Part shown: one piece after another, positions 57,755 to 64,000 of the stretch
Layout of the letters: each line of letters starts with the position of its first letter
Numbering within the stretch: position 1 is the first letter of the stretch
Assembly (NCBI GenBank): GCA_020632265.1
Contig: JACKFW010000001.1
Span: forward strand, 401,892-465,891
Reading direction: 5' to 3'
DNA length: 64,000 bases
Source: Pseudomonadales bacterium
GTDB lineage: Bacteria; Patescibacteriota; Microgenomatia; UBA1400; PJMF01
Made by a program: the position numbers and the translations under genes
Notes under the pieces: generated by a model
The model's input: the letters and a program-made list of their open reading frames with translations, nothing else
What the model was told of the DNA's origin: nothing
Databases searched by the model: none

Positions 57755-59455
57755 ATGCAAATGAAATACTTTATCTACTGCCGAAAAAGCTCTGAGCAAG
57801 AGGATAGGCAAATTCTTTCTTTACCTGCACAGGCTGCCGAATTACAAAACTTAGCTGAAAAAAACAACCTTACTGTTGTTGATATTTTCCAAGAATCTAA
57901 AAGTGCTCACACTGCAGGAAGATCAAAGTTTGATGTAATGATTAAACGTTTTGAGGCAGGTGAAGCCAATGGCATTATTGTTTGGGACGAGTCACGAATT
58001 GCCAGAAACTCACTTGATGGTGGTAAGGTTATCTACATGATGGATTTAGGGCAAATTGTCGAAATTCGAAAGCCTGGAAAAACATATAGAAATACCCCTG
58101 ATGACAAGAGTTGGTTACAAATGTGTTTCATGATGAGTAAAAAAGAGTCTGATGATAAAGGTGTAAACGTTAGGCGTGGTTTACGTACCAAAGCTGAAAA
58201 AGGATGGTATCCATCCTCTTGGACTAAGCCTGGTTATATGTGGGACAACGCTGAACGTGGCAATAAATCATTGCTGATTGATCCAATTAGGTTTCGACTC
58301 ATAAAACAATGTTGGGAGTTAATGCTAACTGGTGCTTACACCACTCCACAAATACTACAAAAATTAAATGATGAATGGGGCTATCGTAGTCCTATTCGCA
58401 AATCCCTTGGTGGCAAACCTATGCATCGAAGCCAGCTTTATAACGTATTTAGTGACCCCTTTTATTATGGTTGGTATGAGTATAAAAACTCAAGCGGTGA
58501 GACTGTCTGGAAAAATGGCAATCACAAACCAATGATAACTGAAGAAGAGTTTAACCGAGTGCAAATGCTTTTAGGAAGAGGTAGTAAGAAGCGAATGAGG
58601 AAGCAAAACTTTCCACTTACTGGGATTATCCGCTGTGGGGAATGTAACGCCATGGTAACTGCAGAAGAAAAATGGCAAACAATTTGTACTAATTGCAAAC
58701 ATAAGTTCTCTTCTCTCAATAAGGATGAGTGCCCTAAATGTCACTTAAAAATTGAGGAAATGGTTAATCCCACTGTACTTCACTACATCTACTATCACTG
58801 TACCAAACGTAAAAACGCAAACTGCACTCAAAAAAGCATATTGGCTGATGATTTGATCAAACAAGTTGATAAAAAGCTTAAGAAGGTAAAGGTGTCTCCA
58901 CGCTTTGTTAAATGGGCTCTCAAGTATCTGGGATCATTGCATGATGAAGAGTCAATTGCTCATACCGCAACAATCACTCAACTACAAAATAGCTATAACG
59001 ACTGTGTGAAACGAATGGATAATTTAGTCAAGTTAAAGATTTCGCCTGCTAACTCTGATGGTTCCCTTCTATCTGATGATGAGTTTTTAGCTCAAAAAAC
59101 AGTTCTTGTTTCAGAAAAAACCAAGCTTGAGGAGAGCTTGAATAACCAAGGGCAACGGGTTAACAACTGGCTTGAAACAGTTGAAGAGCACTTTAACTTT
59201 GCCCTACACGCACGCCACCGCTTTGAGGTGGGCAGTCCCGATGAGAAAAGGGAGATTTTAGTCACAATTGGTTCGAACCTAACACTTCTTGATAAGGTTC
59301 TCGGTCTAGACTTAGAAAATGAGTATGCTTTTCTAGAATATGTGAAGGAAATTGAACCGTCTGTTTCAGAAGAGTTCGAACATGAAAAAAGCGTTGATAT
59401 ATCGATGGATTTAGAGTCGCTATGGGCTCAAAATCGGTTGGTGCTCCCCCGGTAG
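57755..59455 (+). CDS. large serine recombinase (integrase)
   Basis: IYCRKSSEQ catalytic Ser region, DESRIARN, zinc ribbons CGECNAM...CTNCKH / CPKCH...YYHCTKRKNANC; stop TAG at 59453-55 inside tRNA-Asn. Confidence 0.85.
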   Translation: MQMKYFIYCRKSSEQEDRQILSLPAQAAELQNLAEKNNLTVVDIFQESKSAHTAGRSKFDVMIKRFEAGEANGIIVWDESRIARNSLDGGKVIYMMDLGQIVEIRKPGKTYRNTPDDKSWLQMCFMMSKKESDDKGVNVRRGLRTKAEKGWYPSSWTKPGYMWDNAERGNKSLLIDPIRFRLIKQCWELMLTGAYTTPQILQKLNDEWGYRSPIRKSLGGKPMHRSQLYNVFSDPFYYGWYEYKNSSGETVWKNGNHKPMITEEEFNRVQMLLGRGSKKRMRKQNFPLTGIIRCGECNAMVTAEEKWQTICTNCKHKFSSLNKDECPKCHLKIEEMVNPTVLHYIYYHCTKRKNANCTQKSILADDLIKQVDKKLKKVKVSPRFVKWALKYLGSLHDEESIAHTATITQLQNSYNDCVKRMDNLVKLKISPANSDGSLLSDDEFLAQKTVLVSEKTKLEESLNNQGQRVNNWLETVEEHFNFALHARHRFEVGSPDEKREILVTIGSNLTLLDKVLGLDLENEYAFLEYVKEIEPSVSEEFEHEKSVDISMDLESLWAQNRLVLPR

Positions 59456-59515
59456 GATTCGAACCTACAACCTTGAAGTTAACAGCTTCCTGCTCTGCCA
59501 TTGAGCTACAGGGGA
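59444..59515 (-). tRNA. tRNA-Asn (anticodon GTT)
   Basis: Hand-folded cloverleaf: acceptor TCCCCTG/CGGGGGA, D-arm GCTC-AATGGCA-GAGC, anticodon loop CTGTTAA, T-arm GTAGG-TTCGAAT-CCTAC; CCA not encoded. Confidence 0.8.
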
Positions 59516-59726
59516 TAATTAGTTTTCTTGCAATATAATTAAAAATATTAATATTCAAAAAACCAGATTTTAAAAGCGCAGTCATTAAAAAGATATTTTA
59601 CAGATAATTTTAAAATAAACCAATCAAACGACAAGAAGTATTATACCTCAACTTTTTGCTTTTTTTAACTCGTTTCTTCTCAAGATTTATAAACTAAAAT
59701 TATATTTTGAATGATACAATGGCAAC

Positions 59727-60500
59727 ATGGCTTCAAAATTTGCTCCAATATCTGTGGTAATTCCTGGATTAAATGAGGACAAAAACATAATAAACTGCCT
59801 TGATTCGCTACTCAATCAAAATGTTAAACCTAAACAAATAATTTTCGTCAATAATAATTCAATCGACGACACACTCAAAATCGCCAATTCATATAAGACT
59901 AAATTTAAAGAAAGAAATATTAACTATGTTGTGGTCACTGAAATAAAAAGAGGAGTTGCGAATGCGCGTAATGCTGGTTGGAGTATCGCTACTCAACCAA
60001 TTATTGCGTCAACTGATAGTGATTGCAGACCTGCAAAAAATTGGATTGATAGCATTGATAAATTTTTTAATAGCAATGATGTCATTGCATGTGCAGGAAA
60101 AATTGTTCATTATGATAGCCCAAAATTTTTAAAATCGGTAACTAAAAATGGTTATTACAAAATATTTTATCAATTAATGAACTTTGTAAACAATTTTTAT
60201 CCACTTTCAACTGCAAACTGCGCAGTAAAAAAATCTGCCTATATTGAAGTCGGTGGTTTTGATTCAAACATTATCTCAACTAATGGTCTAGATGATATTG
60301 ATATTGCAAGTAAATTAACATTTATAGGCAAAATAAAATACAACAACGAAATGATAGTTCATAGTTCATTTAGAAGATTTAATAGTATCAATAAATTAAC
60401 AATTTCACTTATAAAAAGATCTTTATCTCTATTAAAAATTAAAAACAATTTTCAAAAGAAAAAATTCAAACTATTATTATCCAAAGTTTTCAAACAATAA
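59727..60500 (+). CDS. family 2 glycosyltransferase
   Basis: N-terminal ISVVIPGLNEDKNIINCLDSLLNQ and STDSDC (DxD-like). Confidence 0.7.
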   Translation: MASKFAPISVVIPGLNEDKNIINCLDSLLNQNVKPKQIIFVNNNSIDDTLKIANSYKTKFKERNINYVVVTEIKRGVANARNAGWSIATQPIIASTDSDCRPAKNWIDSIDKFFNSNDVIACAGKIVHYDSPKFLKSVTKNGYYKIFYQLMNFVNNFYPLSTANCAVKKSAYIEVGGFDSNIISTNGLDDIDIASKLTFIGKIKYNNEMIVHSSFRRFNSINKLTISLIKRSLSLLKIKNNFQKKKFKLLLSKVFKQ

Positions 60501-60553
60501 TTGCTTAAATCGATCATTAAAAAAAATCATGCTTAATTTATTAGATTAAATAT

Positions 60554-62062
60554 TTATTCCAAAAAATCTTGAAGTTTTTTTCTTCGACTTGGATGTTTAA
60601 GTTTTCTTAAGGCTTTTGCTTCAATCTGACGAATTCTTTCTCTTGTTACACCAAATTTCTTACCCACCTCTTCTAAAGTCATCATTTTATTATCGTTAAG
60701 ACCAAACCTCATTTTCAAAACTTTTGCTTCCCTATCTGACAAAGCACTTAAAACTTCTTCAACATTTTCTCGAAGCATTTGTTGGCTGGTTGCCTCATAT
60801 GGAGAAAGTTGTCTATCGTCAGAAATAAAATCTCCTAAAACACTATCATCATCTCCATCTCCAACAGGAGACTCTAGCGAAGTAGTATTTTGGGCAATTT
60901 TAAGAATCTCACGAACCTTTTCAGGGTCCATATCTTCCATTTCTTTACCAATTTCTTCTGGCGTTGGCTCACGTCCAAGATCTTGCATCAATCTTCGAGA
61001 AGTTCTCATTAGTTTATTGATGGTTTCTACCATGTGAACAGGAATACGAATAGTTCTAGCTTGATCAGCGATTGAACGAGTAATAGCCTGTCTGATCCAC
61101 CAAGTGGCATAAGTAGAAAATTTAAATCCTTTAGTCCAATCAAATTTTTCGACTGCGCGAATCAAACCCTTGTTGCCTTCTTGTATCAAATCCAAAAAAG
61201 TCATACCACGACCAATGTATTTTTTAGCAATTGAAACAACCAATCTTAAATTTGCATCGGTCAAATGCTTTTTTGCCATCAAATCACCTGCTTCAACCTT
61301 TTGAGCCAATCTAATTTCATCTTCACGATTTAGAAGAGGAATTCTACCAATTTCCTTAAGATACATCCTGACAGGGTCAGCAATAGTCTTAGCAGTTAAG
61401 GTAGTTAGAGAATCGAGTTCTTGTTTTAAAGAATTATCTTGCTCTTTTTTATCTTTATCTTCGGAAACTGATTCAAATACGTCTATGTTATTTCTTACAA
61501 TTTTATCGTATAAATCATCCAATTCCTCAACAAAGTTTTCCGGCTCAATAAAGGTGTCAAGAATATCATCTTGAGTAACGTATCCTTGTTGCATGGCTTT
61601 AGACAACAATCTCTCAATATCACGAATTAATGCTTTTGAAGCTTTCTTAGATTTCATTGGTAATTCAAGTGAATCTGTTATTTCAGAATCATCAAAATTT
61701 TCTTCCTCAATTTCTGCCTCAATTTCTGCCTCAATTTCTGCCTCGAATCCTTCGGCATCAACTGGTTCTTCAAATTCATCCCCAACTGTTTCAACTTCTT
61801 TATTAAGTTCCAACTTTTTATTATTTTTTGCTATTGTTTTTTTTGACTTCGAGATAACTTTATCGACTTTAAATTTTTTCTCAATTTTTGCATTTTTTGC
61901 TATTTTGACTTTTTTATCAACTTTGACTTTTTTATCATCCGCAATTTTTTTATCAACCCTAGCTTTTTTATTGGTTTTTTGGGTTATACTCTTTTTGCCG
62001 TTTTTATTAGCCTTTTTAATTTTTTTAGTATCATCAACCTCTTTTACTGAAGATTTTGCCAT
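60554..62062 (-). CDS. rpoD: primary RNA polymerase sigma-70 factor
   Basis: Region 2 [29 protein letters not shown], region 4 [28 protein letters not shown]; Lys-rich N-terminus with acidic EAEI x3 repeat. Confidence 0.9.
   Translation of the reverse strand: MAKSSVKEVDDTKKIKKANKNGKKSITQKTNKKARVDKKIADDKKVKVDKKVKIAKNAKIEKKFKVDKVISKSKKTIAKNNKKLELNKEVETVGDEFEEPVDAEGFEAEIEAEIEAEIEEENFDDSEITDSLELPMKSKKASKALIRDIERLLSKAMQQGYVTQDDILDTFIEPENFVEELDDLYDKIVRNNIDVFESVSEDKDKKEQDNSLKQELDSLTTLTAKTIADPVRMYLKEIGRIPLLNREDEIRLAQKVEAGDLMAKKHLTDANLRLVVSIAKKYIGRGMTFLDLIQEGNKGLIRAVEKFDWTKGFKFSTYATWWIRQAITRSIADQARTIRIPVHMVETINKLMRTSRRLMQDLGREPTPEEIGKEMEDMDPEKVREILKIAQNTTSLESPVGDGDDDSVLGDFISDDRQLSPYEATSQQMLRENVEEVLSALSDREAKVLKMRFGLNDNKMMTLEEVGKKFGVTRERIRQIEAKALRKLKHPSRRKKLQDFLE
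61706..61741. repeat. 12-bp tandem repeat x3 inside rpoD (encodes [12 protein letters not shown])
   Basis: CTCAATTTCTGC x3 on the plus strand. Confidence 0.8.
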
Positions 62063-62154
62063 ATGAGCCTTAAACTATAATTTTGAAAAAATATAATGTG
62101 TCAAGTAGTTTTATATCTGGACAGGTATATAATTATACACGTAAATGAAAATAA

Positions 62155-62208
62155 AAACATGGGCAATATGTTGTTAGTAATGTTAAACATGGGTAATATG
62201 TTGTTAGT
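62155..62208 (-). promoter_or_regulatory. duplicated dyad-symmetric 24-bp motif upstream of rpoD (candidate operator/promoter element)
   Basis: AAACATGGGCAATATGTTGTTAGT at 62155 and AAACATGGGTAATATGTTGTTAGT at 62185 (30-bp period), each containing AACAT-N7-ATGTT. Confidence 0.45.
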
Positions 62209-62225
62209 TTTATCAACAAAAATTT

Positions 62226-63530
62226 CTAGATTGAACCTCTTAGAATCATGATATCAACGACTTTTTTGACTGCACTCATATATGTCGCAATTCTAGCAGA
62301 TACCTTATGCTGAGTCTTCAACTGCCACATTCTAAAAAAAGCATCATCCATTAATCCTTTCAATCTACTTAAAACCAAATCTTTTTCCCAATAATAGCCC
62401 TGCAAGTTTTGAGCCCATTCAAAATATGAAACTGTCACACCACCAGAATTTGCCAAAATATCAGGAATTACAATTACCTTATTTTTGAACAAAATTTCGT
62501 CTGCCTCTGGGGTAGTAGGTCCATTTGCAAGTTCTAGTACAACTTTTGCCTTAATACTTTTGGCATTTTGAGCATTAATAACATTTTCCAAAGCTGCTGG
62601 AGCTAAAATATCAACCTTTAGTTCCAATAACTGAGAATTGGTAATTTTTGTTCCCTTATTTGAGCAACCTTTAACACCGCAACTGCAATTTCCAATAGTA
62701 CTTCCTGCTTGTTTACATGCTAAAACTTTTTGAGGATCTAAACCTTTTAAATTATAGATTGCACCTTTTGAATCAGATAAACCAACAATTTTATATCCTG
62801 CTTTATAAACATAATATGCAAACCAATATCCAACATTTCCAAATCCTTGAATAGCAACGGTGGTATTTTTTGGAGTCATTTTTAATTTTTTAGCCAACTG
62901 TTCCAGAATATGAAAACCCCCAAGCCCCGTTGCTTCCATTCTTCCCTTCGAGCCACCCAACAAAAGTGGCTTGCCCGTAAAAGTTGCAATAGGATTCTCT
63001 ATGTATGTCTTGTATCTTTTTAAAGCTGTCTTTTCATACTCGTCTACCATCCATGCCATAATCTGACCAGTTGTATTAACATCTGGAGCAGGAACATCCA
63101 TCCATGGACCAATATATGGAGCAATCATTTTAGCGTAAGCACGACTAAGTTTTTCAAGTTCAGACATACTTAATTTTTTGGGATCGACAATTACTCCACC
63201 TTTAGCACCCCCATACGGAATTCCAGTCACACTACATTTCCAAGTCATCCAGGTGGATAGAGCCATTACTTCCTCTTTTGTAACATCTTGATGAAATCGA
63301 ATTCCACCCTTATACGGACCAGCCGCATTATTATGTTGTGATCTAAAAGCCTTAAAGGCCACGGTTTTTCCACTATCCATTTTAACTCTAATTGTTCCTT
63401 CAATAATTCGATCGGGTGATTTGAGTTTTTCCACCGCTTTATCAAAAAGCTGCTTATCATCATATTGTTCTCTTAAAATTTCAGCTACTTTTTCAAGTTG
63501 TTTAATCGAATTCTTGTGTGGATTATTCAT
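62226..63530 (-). CDS. gdhA: NAD(P)-dependent glutamate dehydrogenase
   Basis: Catalytic GIPYGGAKGGV, NAD-binding GFGNVG, full-length 434 aa. Confidence 0.9.
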   Translation of the reverse strand: MNNPHKNSIKQLEKVAEILREQYDDKQLFDKAVEKLKSPDRIIEGTIRVKMDSGKTVAFKAFRSQHNNAAGPYKGGIRFHQDVTKEEVMALSTWMTWKCSVTGIPYGGAKGGVIVDPKKLSMSELEKLSRAYAKMIAPYIGPWMDVPAPDVNTTGQIMAWMVDEYEKTALKRYKTYIENPIATFTGKPLLLGGSKGRMEATGLGGFHILEQLAKKLKMTPKNTTVAIQGFGNVGYWFAYYVYKAGYKIVGLSDSKGAIYNLKGLDPQKVLACKQAGSTIGNCSCGVKGCSNKGTKITNSQLLELKVDILAPAALENVINAQNAKSIKAKVVLELANGPTTPEADEILFKNKVIVIPDILANSGGVTVSYFEWAQNLQGYYWEKDLVLSRLKGLMDDAFFRMWQLKTQHKVSARIATYMSAVKKVVDIMILRGSI

Positions 63531-63614
63531 ATGGCTCCATTTATAAATACGCCTACCATGTTAAATTATCATACATTTTCATACTTTTACAAATACAATA
63601 AAAAGTTTATGTAT

Positions 63615-64000
63615 TTATGATTGTTGCTCCAACCATCTTTCAGCATCCAATGATGCCATACAACCTTGACCAGCAGCAGATATTGCTTGCTTATATCTTA
63701 CATCTACTCCATCTCCCGCGGCGAATACCCCTTCCACAGACGTCATTGTTGGAAATTGAACCAAACCTTCAGGACTTAATGCAGATTGTGCCATTTCTAC
63801 GCCCTGCTTAGTTGCACTTTGCCTAGTTATGACATAACCATGATTATCAATTAAGATTTGATTTTTAAAAATATCGTTCATAGGCTTATGTCCAATAGCC
63901 AAGAAAACTCCTTGCGCAGGATATTCAACTTCATTACCATTCTCATTTATCTTGACTTTTTCAACCACTTTATTACCTAAAATTTCCTTTAAAGTAGAAT
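63615..64000 (-). CDS. trxB: thioredoxin-disulfide reductase, C-terminal part (runs off the window)
   Basis: C-terminal GVFAAGDGVDVRYKQAISAAGQGCMASLDAERWL is the conserved TrxB tail. Confidence 0.8.
   Translation of the reverse strand, partial: STLKEILGNKVVEKVKINENGNEVEYPAQGVFLAIGHKPMNDIFKNQILIDNHGYVITRQSATKQGVEMAQSALSPEGLVQFPTMTSVEGVFAAGDGVDVRYKQAISAAGQGCMASLDAERWLEQQS

Larger units (their letters stand above)
53750..59455 (+). mobile_element. putative integrative element B (wHTH regulator, Prim-Pol primase-helicase, large serine recombinase) abutting tRNA-Asn
   Basis: Recombinase stop codon lies inside the tRNA-Asn T-arm; left boundary inferred from the GC-rich structured block. Confidence 0.45.

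Noticed and set aside
59440-59444. Encoded CCA end of tRNA-Asn
   Set aside because: The sequence after the discriminator reads CACCA and not CCA, so the CCA is presumably added post-transcriptionally.
61593-62066. 157-aa plus-strand ORF antisense to rpoD (also 863..1180, 25767..25994, 43623..43946 and similar)
   Set aside because: These are low-complexity translations embedded antisense in well-supported genes. They have no RBS or motifs and are artefacts of AT-rich sequence.

Overview
This window is 64 kb of low-GC (about one third GC) bacterial chromosome. Conserved genes sit at both ends. The left end (1-2.6 kb) has an aldehyde dehydrogenase and an isochorismatase-family hydrolase. The right end (59.4-64 kb) has tRNA-Asn(GTT), a GT2 glycosyltransferase, rpoD, gdhA and a partial trxB.

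The ~56 kb in between looks accessory and mosaic. (1) 3.1-23.9 kb holds ~25 mostly single-gene units, almost all on the minus strand, separated by 17 copies of a modular palindromic repeat whose arms carry the 3'-terminal motif of the tRNA-Asn gene. Cargo includes GNAT, MFS, two alpha/beta-hydrolases, an APH kinase, two NUDIX hydrolases, FHA, YggT, RHH and Tat-secreted proteins. (2) 23.9-30.4 kb is a tightly overlapping six-gene operon: GNAT, SHMT-like, 2-hydroxyacid dehydrogenase, S51-like peptidase, a hydrolase fusion and an APH-like kinase. (3) 30.5-39.8 kb is an Ltp-lipoprotein/XRE module followed by a Prim-Pol primase-helicase and a large serine recombinase (element A). (4) 39.9-51.7 kb is a unidirectional defense island with a GmrSD-like type IV enzyme, a PD-(D/E)XK nuclease, type I R-M hsdMSR, a small HTH and three uncharacterised genes. 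(5) 53.7-59.5 kb is a second, paralogous Prim-Pol plus large-serine-recombinase element (element B) whose recombinase stop codon lies inside tRNA-Asn.

The candidate novel items are the tRNA-end-derived cassette-like repeat array, the conserved interleaved inverted-repeat structure upstream of both recombinase genes, and the three-gene module next to the R-M system.
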